Of a stretch of DNA of 64,000 nucleotides, positions 43,239 to 55,830 are shown piece after piece; position 1 is the first letter of the stretch, and every line of letters begins with the position of its first letter. The DNA comes from Dicyema japonicum (Eukaryota; Animalia; Dicyemida): the NCBI GenBank assembly GCA_011109175.1, contig RDEW01000032.1:651334-715333 (forward strand), given 5' to 3'. The notes under the pieces were generated by a model. The model did not search any database, was not told the origin of the DNA, and was given only the letters and a program-made list of their open reading frames with translations. Made by a program: the position numbers and the translations under genes.

Positions 43239-44742
43239 TTTAATTAAGATTTTAGTGTGACGACATGCGGTTCACCTGTTGTTGTGGTGGCGTCCGGTGC
43301 AAATTATGCACTAAAGAGAACCGTTTGAACTTCTCCACCCCTGTACGTCCTTTGGAAGGGTGGCCTACCAACTTCAATTTCCTAACCCGGGTTCTGATTT
43401 CATGCTGGTCATTCTCCAACTCAATGTCAGCGTTTCCTCTTGACCCGTTTGAAAGTGGACATTGCCATTATTCAGGAGTCTAAACTATCTACGTCAGCCC
43501 CCACCCCACGCTTCCCTGGTTACAATATACTCCGAAAGGACCGGACAAGAAGTCTCGGTGGAGGATTATTGACGTTTGTTAGTGAGGGTTTTTTGTTCAC
43601 TGATGTCACCCTGTTTATATATTCTCTTTGCGGAGACACTATTCTGGAACAAATATCTATGGAAGTTCCTTTCTCACCCTCAAGACGTTTTAAACTGTAT
43701 AATATTTATATTTAACCTCATAGTTCGTCGACTTCCCTTATTCCAAAGTATGTTCCAAACTTATCGAAACTTTTTGAACTGAAAGATCTGGTATTATGCG
43801 GCGACCTAAATGCCAAACATCCACTCTGACTCCGGACACAATCAGCCGACAGTCGCGGCGAGTACATCCTCTCCTTACTTAATGACTAGACAATCCTCAA
43901 TGACCATGACGCTCACATAAGGACCCCGTCCTGTAGAAGGGACAGTCCAACATCCCCGGACCTGTCCCTCTGCTCTCCTTCTATGGCTGGATGTATTTCA
44001 TGGAATGTTCGTTATGGCTTCTCAAGTGACCACAACCCCATTGTGTTGAGACTTAGAAGGCCTATTTGTTCACTGTGTTGTTCTACAAAGTTCAAAAATT
44101 ATTTGAAGGCTGATTGGCAAGGTTTCATGGCGTATGTGGACAATAGTCTGTTTGACCTTGCTATGGTTAATTGTACAGTAGAGAAAACGGTCAAGATTCT
44201 GTCTGCTATCATTTTAAAAGCTGATGAACTTTTATACCTGTCGCCTCTTACAAGAAGTTCAATCCAAGATTATCATCGCAAATTGTGTCACTCATCAAGA
44301 AACGAGATGCGGCGAAGAGAAAAAGAACACAGTCCAATAATTCCTTTTATTCTATACGTTCACTGAATACTAAATTATCTGAGCTTATCCGAACTAATAA
44401 CAGACTCAAATGGAGCCGTCTAGCTGGACGACTATGTCACAAAAACTCTTGCGCCACATTTCGGATAACGCTAAGAAAGATCAATAGCCTTATCAATAAA
44501 GAGGACTGCGGTACTGAGGCCGTCAAGCAAAATGTGGCCCATGCAGAAAAATTTCGGTCGGTTAGAAAAAAGTGCAAGCTGATTGAATTCCTATGCAAAA
44601 AGAAGAGAAGGCGCTTCCGGAATGCGGTTGGGTCATCAGAAGACCAGACGAAAAGAGTTCGGATGCTGTTGGAGGCTGGAATCACTTAATTAGTTAGTTT
44701 TGACTTATCTTTCTTGGTGGTCTTGGAGTTAAATAAAATAAA
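43239..44742 (+). mobile_element. LINE with endonuclease and 3' end but no RT, flanked by a 15-bp TSD
   Basis: DIAIIQESKL, KDRTRSLGGGL, CGDLNAKH, SDHNPI, then a jump to EAGIT* and the tail. TC(T/C)GCGTTAGTAAAC occurs at 43224-43238 and 44743-44757. Confidence 0.85.
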
Positions 44743-46499
44743 TCCGCGTTAGTAAACAGAGTTTATGGTTTCGTTTGTGCCACGTTTTTGACTATTCTTG
44801 CCGCTAGCCTTCTCCATCCCTTTCGTTGTTTTGCTCTCCTGATTTAGGCCAGATCATATGCATCCATCAATCAGTCCTCGATCACAGCATAATCATCCAC
44901 AAATGTCCTGGGAAGACAACTTTTGAACGTCTTCTGAATGTATAAAATTCAGTATGACCGAAAAATCAGGATGTTTAAACATCCATGGTTTAAGATTTTC
45001 TTTGTGCCAAAAATTTCCAAGTTTTCTTAGTTGGCCTTTGTTAAATAAGTCGAGTTGTTCCATATCTTTCTTTAATGTTCCCCAAATACTTCGTTGTACA
45101 CGAGGATGGTCGGACAAATCCATTATATAAACGTAACAGCATCTTAGTAGGAATTTGATTATTTCTAGAATGGGTAGTAATTTTAAAGTGCTATTGTGGC
45201 CAATATCTTTCGTCGTGTGATATCCTCTGAATCGCCAAGTAAAAATCCGAGTTTTAGGGTGTTCTTTCACTTTTCCTCAACTCGGCTTGGCGTTCTTTCA
45301 ATGGTAAATATTTCAGTTTTATCTTTATTGACTTTGAGGGACCATTTACTCAAAATTGTTTTCGCTCTCTCCATAATGCAAAAATGTGTATTTCCTTTAA
45401 TAACGGAACACGACGGGGCCTTCGTTTATTGATTCCTTCACTGCGTAGTGTAGAAGTAATTATACGAAGGGACACTGATGTTCCTGTACTATTTATATCA
45501 TCAGCCAATTTTTTCGAGTAATTCTCGGTTTTGTACAAACTATTCTTTTCATTGAGATATTTTCCTCGGAGCAATCTGATCTTGGTCGATTAATAACAGT
45601 TCCGTGTTGTTTCTATGGGAAATAATATTCCGAACAGTTCTTTTTGGCAATGTCAACAATTCAGAAATCTCTTTATAACTTTTACCTCTTTGATGGGCCG
45701 TTACAACTAGTTGTTTTAGGTCCAAAGAATGCTCTTTCCTCACCGACATGATAATTTTAATAACGGGCAAAAAATGAAAGTAAAATTATATTAATCAGAA
45801 TCTATTAATCAACTGTATTAAAAAACTGTNTGTTTCCATGGGAAATAATATTCCGAACAGTTCTTTTTGGCAATGTCAACAATTCAGAAATCTCTTTATA
45901 ACTTTTACCTCTTTGATGGGCCGTTACAACTAGTTGTTTTAGGTCCAAAGAATGCTCTTTCCTCACCGACATGATAATTTTAATAACGGGCAAAAAATGA
46001 AAGTATAATTATTTTAATCAGAATCTATTAATCAACTGTATTAAAAGAACTGTTAAGAAATTACTTCAAAAAAGGGTACAAAGAGATAATCATTAGGGCG
46101 GAAATAATAGGACATTTTTTTAGGACATTTTAAAAGCAAAATATTACAATTGGGACATAGTAAGAAAAAATAGGACAATTTTATTATTTTTTATTTTTCA
46201 ATTATGACATCTCAATCAGGGGGAAATTTGCCCACCGTAAGAAATACATGCGGGAAGCGGTCTGGCTGAGGCAACGAATTGGGATCGCAGTTATCCGTGG
46301 AAACGCTTACTCCGTAATATCAGCAGCCGCTCTTATTAATTTAAATCTGCATTTTTCGGAATAATAAAAATGCCGCTTCTAAGAAAGTCCACAATCTTGT
46401 GATAATTACATATGTAGGTAATTTAGTCTCATCAAACATAGTTCTGCGCTTTATTGGTTTTGAAAGACGTGGTAATTTAAGGAATAGTTTTTTATATAA

Positions 46500-46803
46500 C
46501 TATTTTTTAATGTGTGAAGTGGAATATCGGCATTTCAAAATGTTTCAACTAAAAAGATACCCAGTATTCTTGGTTATCTTCAGTAAGAAAAAGTTGACTA
46601 GCCTCTATTTTTAGTATACAGTCTGATGTCTTTTTCCATTAAGATGTAGGTCTATTTTTTAATGTGTGAAGTGGAATATCGGCATTTCAAAATGTTTCAA
46701 CTAAAAAGATACCCAGTATTCTTGGTTATCTTCAGTAAGAAAAAGTTGACTAGCCTCTATTTTTAGTATACAGTCTGATGTCTTTTTCCATTAAGATGTA
46801 GGT
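46500..46803. repeat. 152-bp tandem duplication
   Basis: 46500-46651 is repeated at 46652-46803. Confidence 0.85.
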
Positions 46804-47010
46804 CGGTGTAGTGTTGCTAGATTATTTTACTATCTTAGAGCATTTTAGGCAAAATAAATCTCCTTTAGGTGTTATTGTATGTCTTTTGATATTTTTTCCT
46901 TGTCTTTGTCAGATAGGATTGCGTATACGATTCCACGTAATATGGAAATCTCTATGCGTTGTCTAGCTTTTTTGGCTCGCTTGTTTCCCTCCTATTTTTT
47001 AAAAAGGCCG

Positions 47011-47254
47011 CAGTGAGGGATCCAACGGCTTTGGAATTTGAAAAAAAAATTATTTCAAATTTATTTCAAAAAACCATGTAAAATTTTTTGATTGAAATTT
47101 TGATTTTTTAATAAAATAATTGAAAAAGATTAGTAAAAACAATTTGAGAATTGGCCAATTTCTTAGGAAAATTGGCTTTTTGGAACCATTGACGTGAACT
47201 TTTAGCCAAAAAATTGGTCAATTTATAAGGTCCCCAATTAGAGGGACCTCACTG
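47011..47254. mobile_element. MITE with CAGTGAGG termini nested in the hAT
   Basis: CAGTGAGGGATCC ... GGGACCTCACTG; TA on the right flank only. Confidence 0.55.
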
Positions 47255-50117
47255 TACTTAAAATATAATTAAAATAATTATGTCCTATTTTAGGACAATG
47301 TTATCTTTGAAGTAGGACAAATAGGACAATGTACTATTTGTCTTAAATAGGACAATTTCTACCCTAATAATCATTCATATCTTGTCGATATAATCCTTAT
47401 TTGAAATTCATGAATATAATTAATAAAAATGTGTTAAAAATAATGCAGGATTTCATTGAGTAGTGTGATAAACTAAATCGAAATAGTTATCATTATAAAA
47501 TATATTTATTTAAAAAAATGCTAAGTGTGCCATGATTTATCTGCCCCAATGTAAATTCCCGATTTTCCGCGGCGAAATCGACATCATCCACGTAAATGAG
47601 TTTCATAAAATGGTTATCAGGACATCCATCATCCCCGTAAATAGCGTATCTCCTTGTGAGGTTCCAACATTGGTAGAAAATGGTCTAGACTCCTTAGAGC
47701 ACTCTGACGAGTAGTTCAGTTTCAGATGATAGCATATGTATCATGCGCAGACTGTCTTCATCGATAACGTACTTAACAGTAATTTACTCTTGTTGATGCT
47801 GTTAAAAGCCTCGCTCATGTCGATTCTAAGGATATGAAAGGATCGTTTGTACTTAGGACATATTGCAATGATCCAGCGATGGCTCCAGACAACAGTAGCC
47901 GTGGATCTTTAAGGCCTGAAACCACTCTGACGGCAAGAGAGATATTTACCGATATTGTTATATGATCCCCGTCTAGCACAATAGTTCTTCAGCTTCCGAA
48001 GGGTCCTCGTCTTTTTCCCGGTTTATGAACAGGCATTATTATTCCAGTCCCGATTAGAAGCGGGCAGTGTAATGCAAAAGCCTTGTTCAGTATTTATGCG
48101 AAAAAACTCGCCAGATTATTGGGAGCGTATTTGAGTAATTCCCTTGGGACTCCGTCACATCCTGCGGCTCTGTTGTTGTTCATATGGTGGAATGCTTCTA
48201 GGACCTACAAATTTGTCATTTCGTTTGATAAGCTCCGCGGATGCCACAAATGTGAGTGCATAGGTATCATCTGTTTGGAATTGCTTCTGAAAGTGGTCAA
48301 CAATTCGTGAGACTTTGTCCTCATCATCCAATATTAAGTGATCCTATTCATCCCATATCAATATTTTGGAATTTTGGAACCCCGATTAAGTAGTCGCATA
48401 GCCATTAACATTTGACTTTCTGGTAAGAGCATTTCAATTTCGGTAACCTTCTTGTCTAAGTATTTCGTTCACAATAGATTTGCCCGGACTCTTATTTAAT
48501 GAAGGGCTCTGTTTCGTTCTCTTCTGGTGTTCAGACAGCAATTTTCAATCTTAAGCGGATGTTTCTTTGAAGCTTTAACATTTCCTTCAGTTTAGAATTA
48601 TAATATGCGTAGTTGTTGTTAGAGCGGTTACTTCTATAGCCGATAGTATTCGTCAAGGCATATTTTGCATGTTTAACGGCCTCGACCACTTTTCCAAGAG
48701 AACGTCTGTTATTTCTTCCATATTTAGTTGTGATGTGTGTTGCTCGATGTTGTCTTGAAATTTTCTCCGTTTCACAGTGTTGTTTATCAGTTCATCTGTA
48801 ACTAGTCTTCGATGTTTAATGTTAGCTGGATTGTTCTGGGCAATGCTACTAAATAGTTTCCGTCTGCAAATCCGAGCCACCGTTATCCTGTGATCACTAT
48901 TTGTTAACGGTCTAAATCCCCGACAGGGTGTTCCGTTTCGAACTCGCTGATAGTCCTCTAACATTAAATGAAGCGATAGTAAAAGGCCCTAATCGAGAAC
49001 ATGTTTGAGACATATCTAAGAGAGGCACGTCAGCGCATCAGTCAAATTATGAATTGTATGTTGAGAATTCCTATATTTTAGAGCTACATTACGGTCACGT
49101 GTGGCGCTCAGTATTGGAAAAGACTGTTTAAGAAGTTTCCAGGAGGAGTCATAGGGTTATTCCTACAACGAGATTTCAACATATTCGTGAAATGTTTGCA
49201 CATCTGCTGCAGGGAATGGGGTTTGGAGCAGAAAGCTCTACAAACATGCAAGGAAACAAAAACGATCTAGTGCTTGCGAGAATTAGAGAGTACAAAGAAA
49301 ATCTAAAGGGAAAAAATCGTAACACTGGTGGACGAAATTGAAATAATGTTAAGTCAATAACATACTGAGTAGAGGCAGAGCACCTAATGATATTTTGATT
49401 CTGACAATGATGGGAACTCAATTATGAACAAGGTGAGAAGGCAGCTACTTCTGTTTTTCTGTGTGTATGTAAGTCTTTACTAAAACATGTCGAGATTATG
49501 TAGTTTGGTGTCGTTGTGTTCTTTTGGTAACAAGGTAATTTCCACAATTTGGCACAAATGAGGTAAAAGTAAGATCTTCCAATATCAAATCTAGGATGGG
49601 GACCTTCAGGAAAGGTCAATGTTTACGTGGGTGGATCTTTAAGTTAGATGAGGTTGAAAATTTGTAATTTCTAAAATATTGTTTATTTGAGATTCGCGTC
49701 ACAAATTAATGAAAGCAGGTCAATTTTTGTTGTTTTACTTTGAATTGGTGCAGTTGAGGGAATATTTCTAATGGAGTGGGAGAGCGAATGACCAATTTAC
49801 ATGCCACCACATATCTGGAGGCCACTAGCGACTGGTGGGTCATACGGCGCCGATCCAATAGAACGAGAGAAGAGAAGGAACCGTCAGCCAGTGTTGGGGA
49901 TCGGGTCCGTGGATCATAGAGACATACTCCACTAAGCTACCTGATCTTTAAAATGATTGATTTGACTGTCGATTGGGATATTTTTGTGGACAAACTAATT
50001 TACAGCTTATTTTAGGTTTAAAAGACTTGCATTTGCCCACCAGGTCATGTAATGAAAGAAAGAGATAACCCGTATGCAATAAAAGAAAATATCAATATAA
50101 TATATTGAAAATACTAT

Positions 50118-51004
50118 TTATCTAATTATGTAGGTTGTCATCATAACATGGTTTACTGAAATGCAGAATATAATCTAAAATAAGGCCATGATAACCAGTA
50201 TTACGTCAAATACACCTAAAAATATCGTGATTTGAAGTCGATGACTCAAAGTAAAAGTTTTGAGCACAGTCAAGCAGCCTACGCTAAATATATTTAGATA
50301 GCTGTTACTCTAAAGATAAGAATAGGAGTACTCTGGTATTTTCTCCACAAAATAGGTTTTTTGTAATATGAAAATCAATACAGCAGGAATAGGGGACAGT
50401 GCATTTTTGACTGCCAGGTTTGCATCCAAAATTGGAGATTCTGTCGAAGTCACTAGGTCCATAAATTCCACAGCAGTTATACTGGAAATAATCACAATGA
50501 CGACCAATATTTGGAATGCATCAATCAAGGATTGAATAATAGACATGTTGTTATATTTTTTGAGGAAAAACAAGGCTGCTTTATCAAAGACTAGATTGAA
50601 GATTTCATCCCGAGCAGTTTTGTCATAGTAATACATTACCACGACCCCAGTAATCATCAGTAATAATATTAAAATCACGATTAAAAACCAGAGGAACTTA
50701 AATTTTGGAAATAATAATACTATTTTGAGAAGCCGTCCGTTTTCTCTGATCGTTCCAATAATCCCAATCGCATTGATAAAGATTGCCGTTAATAGTATAA
50801 AAAATATGATCCCCACCACAAAACATAGATCGATGAATATCTCATTATCGCTACCAATCTGTTGGTGTACAAGGATTATCGTATATCCTAATACTATACC
50901 GGCAAATATGTAAGCTAACTGTATTAGTGAATAATCCAATAAACTTGGAAACATGAAATAAAACTGATAGTCAGAGTCTTCTTTATGAACCAACAATTAG
51001 GCAT
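50118..51004 (-). CDS. Tetraspanin, five introns (26, 24, 23, 22, 21 nt)
   Basis: Four hydrophobic helices, GTIRENGRLL, a large loop YNCCGIYGPSDF..VPYSCC..FCG..GCL, and stop at 50118-50120. Confidence 0.92.
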
Positions 51005-51137
51005 ATTTATCGAATACTAACCAGGTCAAGCGATCAGTTCATTTTATATTAGTTAGATTCACGTATATACACAGTTTTCCAAGAAATTAGAGGTAGACAA
51101 AATTAAGAAAATAACATTGTTAGTTATTAAGAACGGG

Positions 51138-52676
51138 TTATATTAGTGTAACAGTTTCCTTAGACGATGGCCCAAGACTGACCCATTTTACTAAAAATTG
51201 GGAAATTAGGTACCTTTGAGATTACTTAACCTCTCCACAGCCTTCACATAGTCACGAGCATTCACTGGTAAGTCTTCGAACTTTGATATTTTACTGATCT
51301 CACAACACCACCCTGGAAGACGCTCATAGACAACTTCTACTTCCGCCAGTTGTTCACAGTTGGCTAAACATTAACTATTACTCACGTGGGACATAATCAA
51401 TAGGAACTCCCTCGTAAAGATAATGTGACCCAATTAAGATCTCTTCCAAGTCACTGAGAACATCCAGTTTGGTGAGTGCAATACTAAACATAAGACAGTC
51501 CCTTACTAAGTGAATCCATTGACAAGGGCTGAATACCTCATAACCTGAGAATCCAGCCACCCACAGCGTCGGATTCTACCAGTAGTCGTCCCAATCTCGT
51601 TCCCCTTCTTTTGAAGCATAGATGACGTCTCCTATAAACATCAATCAAAAAGTGACGTCATTGATCTCTGTTGGGAAGGGACCTGAGCCGACTCTTGTAG
51701 TGTAAGCCTTGAAAACTCCGACAATGTCATTCACGTGTTTGGGGGATATTCCAAGACCAGTAAAGACCCCACCAATTGCACAGTTCGAGGAGGTAACATT
51801 CGGATAAGTCCCTAAAGATGAGTCCCCCACAAACCAAAGTCAATGTCCAGCATAAATCCATTGGCTCCCTCAACCAAGACTGATTTCCCTTTGCTGATTT
51901 CCTTATTGAGAAATACACACGTGTCAGTTACCATGGATTTGAAATAATCTCGGTATTCCTAGTCATCACACAAGGGACAACTTTATAAGTCTCAATTTCA
52001 GCCTTAATGTCGACAGTCAGCGAGGGGAACATGGCCTGTTGGTCAAATACGAGTCTTTCAAACCTTAAAATAAGTCAGAAATTACTTGTCCACGAAAATA
52101 TCCCAATCTCCCATCAAATCAGCCAATTTGAGGACAGTCCGGTTGACCTGGAAATGAGAGACATCACACCTTCGCTGAATAACAAGGACCGATTCCTTTC
52201 TTGGTAGTCCCTATTCTAAAGTTGGGAATAAAATCGAACTTTTTGTCATTTCTGAGCTGTTCTTGGGCAGCATCTACGTCTTTGAATAATTGGAAAACTG
52301 GGTCATTTATGCAAGACTACCAATTGGTGCTCGATTGGAAATCAAAAGACGACTTCTTAGGTCTGTAATCCCACCTTTCTCAATATCTTCAATCTCAGTC
52401 TTCAGATCAGTGAGGCTGACAACGACTCCGTTACCTCACATTAAAAAATCACGGAAAACCGATAACCCCTGTAACCGACTTGTGGCATATCCCCGAAGGA
52501 ATGAGATGAAAAAAGAAATTTCTTCCTTCAAAAATGACTGTATGTCCCGCATTGGATCCTCCCTGACAGCGACAGACGTAATCGTAGTTGAGAGCCATCT
52601 GATCCACCATTTTCCCCTTTCCTTCGTCTCCCCATTGTCCTCCAATTATTATATCAACTTTCTTATTTGAAACCAT
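51138..52676 (-). CDS. ADSS: Adenylosuccinate synthetase, 11 introns of 22-25 nt
   Basis: [82 protein letters not shown] and LTKLDVL; the spliced frame is intact. Confidence 0.96.
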
Positions 52677-53560
52677 TCAATGGTTGATGCTAAACACGCC
52701 TGATTTAATTTATTTAATAAAATAACGTATTTTTATTTAAATTCAATATTTTATTGAATTCATTCACGTTAACCAATAAATTTCTCAAATTTTAGTTGTT
52801 ATGACGTCCATACATTGACACTTGCTTATCAGATCGCATGCTAGCAAGATTTCTTGTGACGCCACAAAAATCTGTTACCTCTGACCTTAAAAACATTAGC
52901 TCAGGAGCAGTAAAAATTGCTATAAGAATGAATCTCGTAGGATTCCAGAAAATCTAGATTCCAGATGCTTCTTAATTCTGTATAAATTGTTGCTGAAATA
53001 CAATTTTTAATATGCTATCTGCGTCTTCTACTGTGAAGTAGGTTTTCATTGTCATCTTTATCAATTAATAAATTCAGGACAATTTCCCCTTCTGACCAGA
53101 ATTATTTNAACTTTCTTATTTGAAACCATTCAATGGTTGATGCTAAACACGCCTGATTTAATTTATTTAATAAAATAACGTATTTTTATTTAAATTCAAT
53201 ATTTTATTGAATTCATTCACGTTAACCAATAAATTTCTCAAATTTTAGTTGTAATGACGTCCATACATTGACACTTGCTTATCAGATCGCATGCTAGCAA
53301 GATTTCTTGTGACGCCACAAAAATCTGTTACCTCTGACCTTAAAAACATTAGCTCAGGAGCAGTAAAAATTGCTATAAGAATGAATCTCGTAGGATTCCA
53401 GAAAATCTAGATTCCAGATGCTTCTTAATTCTGCATAAATTGTTGCTGAAATACAATTTTTAATATGCTATCTGCGTCTTCTACTGTGAAGTAGGTTTAT
53501 ATTGTCATCTTTATCAATTAATAAATTCAGGACAATTTCCCCTTCTGACCAGAATTATTT
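52656..53560. other. Near-identical duplicate across a single N (53108), probable haplotype overlap; includes the ADSS start and promoter
   Basis: 52656-53107 versus 53109-53560, with a few substitutions. Confidence 0.85.
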
Positions 53561-54076
53561 TGGGAGGATAGCCAATTTCAATAAAATTTTCTATTTTTAT
53601 GCAAGAAATTTATTAGTGTATTCACATATATTTATATGGATTCCTTAGATCAAACCAACTTTTTCAAATCTATAATAAATGCATTTAAAAAACTCAAAAA
53701 TAGCTTCGGTCAAGTTACCTAAATTTTCTACACTTTTGCATAATAGGAAGTAAAAAATACCCTCAAACGAGTTTTGTAAAATTTACTGTTCAACTTATGC
53801 AAGGAAAATCATGTTCGAGTAAGCATTAGTGACCTCATTGATCCTAGAGTCGGTAGATGGAATGAGAAAATCAGATATTTTTACAGTAGCACCTGTGAAA
53901 TACTAGTAAAATTGATAAACCTGCTAGTTTGAGATGTTTCTTAGGCAAAAGATTCAATAAAAAGCTGGTGTCAGTAAATTCGTGAGTTGATAGAAAATTC
54001 ACCAGGATGTTTTCTAATAATAATGTTAAGCTTTTCAATGACCTTCCTGATTTGAATGAGACACAACAGTTGATAA

Positions 54077-54208
54077 CACGTTAGTATTTTATTCAAAAAC
54101 TCTAAACATTAATAAATAAATAATAAAAAATCAATTAAAAATTTGACTTTATTGACCTAAAAAATTAAATTTTGACCTTTTTTGACTTTATTGACAAAAA
54201 TCGCCCTA
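54077..54208 (-). mobile_element. Second copy of the TAGGGCGATTTTTGTCAA element end
   Basis: Its reverse complement aligns to 7887-8094 with an internal deletion. Confidence 0.6.
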
Positions 54209-54256
54209 GCAATGACCAGTCGACCGAGTGTTTAATTGCTGGAATGATGAGATGAC

Positions 54257-54433
54257 GACATACTTAAAGTGCACGAAATATCTACTTAGCTTCATGATGA
54301 ATGATCCTGTCTTCTTTTTCGTGAGCAATGACGGAGTTGAAAGACATACTTAAAGTGCACGAAATATCTACTTAGCTTCATGATGAATGATCCTGTCTTC
54401 TTTTTCGTGAGCAATGACGGAGTTGAAAGACAT
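54257..54433. repeat. 86-bp tandem duplication
   Basis: The gacatacttaaagtgcacg... unit starts at 54257 and 54343. Confidence 0.85.
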
Positions 54434-55200
54434 CGAAGATCTGAAGTTTGAACAAAGGAAGTTTCAGCACATTTCCATTAAAATCCAGGATCATTTGAGG
54501 TAGTCCTATTGAGGTTAAACAGAACTTGATTGATGACTGCCATTTTGTCTCCTTCCACTGACAACGTACCCCATCCGGAAATACATGAACGTGTGTTGAT
54601 GGAAGCCATATAAAGTTAGTCAATGCAGATATATGGGTCGAAGTAGACCTCTCCTCTTTAAAACTATGTTGAAATGACAAGAAGAGTGGTTTAATATCCT
54701 CGATAATGTAGCGATTCCATAATCACCAAGATTCTTTATCATTGGGATCTTTTCCATCAGAATAGGTTGTTTTAATGGATTTCAATACATTTATCACGTC
54801 GTTTTCAGTGAAGTAAATCACATCAGTATCCTTTTCACACAGGATTCCAGTCATGGTCTCCCGAAAACTCACACAGGACTCTAGTCAAAAGAAGATTTCC
54901 CAACCTCACTCAGTCTTGTCTATGTACAGACACTATAACACGCCCCCTACCAATAAACAGCTGGATCCTTCGGGTAACTTCTCAGCCGAGAAAGCTAAGC
55001 TGTAAACATTTGAATCTCTCGGGGACCTTATGTTCGTAATCCCTTCAAAGAGATCTATCACACAATAATGATGAGATAAGTGACAAAGTCGTCCATAAAA
55101 TGAGCATATCCACGTAAGCACCTCAGCCACAAATGGAAGTTACAAAGAATGAAGATGACATTCATTTAATATTATAGGCACATTTTCTTTCCACCTCAAG
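54434..55200 (-). mobile_element. LINE RT N-terminal remnant
   Basis: GKDPNDKES and FQHSFKEERSTSTHISALT. Confidence 0.6.
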
Positions 55201-55299
55201 TCCCTCCCACGTGCTCAGTTTATCAATCTGTAATCATCAATCCGCTTACAAAATTTACAGGACAACCTGAGATGTTGGCTAATGGGGAACCTGTTACGC

Positions 55300-55830
55300 A
55301 CAACTATTGAAAAACTAGCACAATGATTTTTACTTCAAATAGAAGACTACAAACTCGGCACTTTTTTACCCTTAATCGAATGTCAATCCCCTCACAAACT
55401 CCATCTAAATACTGGGGATCACATACGACCTCCTTATGACTTTCAGCAAGCATGTCAGCAACGCTATTGCCTATTCCCAGCAAAAACTAAACACTTTTTT
55501 GATAGTAAAAAGGCTGTTTTTACTGAACGTTAAGCCATCTTTATACGCAATACATTAACTATCTACTGCTGTGCGGTTTGGGGCACAAACCTATCCTATA
55601 CCAGCCTAAAGAAATCAATTTTTTCAAGAAACAGTCACGGGGCCATAAAAAAATTCACCTCCTCGCCATTAATGCCAACTTTTTTCGAGGAACTTGTGAG
55701 GAAAAGGAGAGCCCGACTGAAATCTCCAAAATTCTTAAAAGTATCTCATACATACAGGTAGTGCGTCGGTTCTCAGGAGGAACACTGAGAAGGGATGAGA
55801 CGGCTGCTTAAGGAGGCCGGGATCACCTGA
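55300..55830 (+). mobile_element. LINE 3' remnant
   Basis: ILGITYD..TFSKHV; ends EAGIT*. Confidence 0.65.

Larger units (their letters stand above)
46094..47366. mobile_element. Non-autonomous hAT element with 8-bp TSD
   Basis: TIRs TAGGGCGGAAAT and ATTTCTACCCTA; ATAATCAT at 46086-46093 and 47367-47374; TAGGACA subterminal repeats at both ends. Confidence 0.9.
45360..47527 (-). mobile_element. Tc1-like 5' fragment (paired-like HTH), itself interrupted by a hAT
   Basis: KEHSLDLKQLVVTAHQRGKSYKEISELLTLPKRTVRNII and RRPRRVPLL; no DDE domain. The outer boundary near 47527 is inferred. Confidence 0.7.
44890..48990 (-). mobile_element. LINE (RTE/L2-like) split just after YVDD by nested insertions
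   Basis: SDHR (endonuclease end), IDMSEAF and IYVDDVDF at about 47570 continue as SKWSLKVNKDKTE..LGFLLGD at about 45350. Confidence 0.75.
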
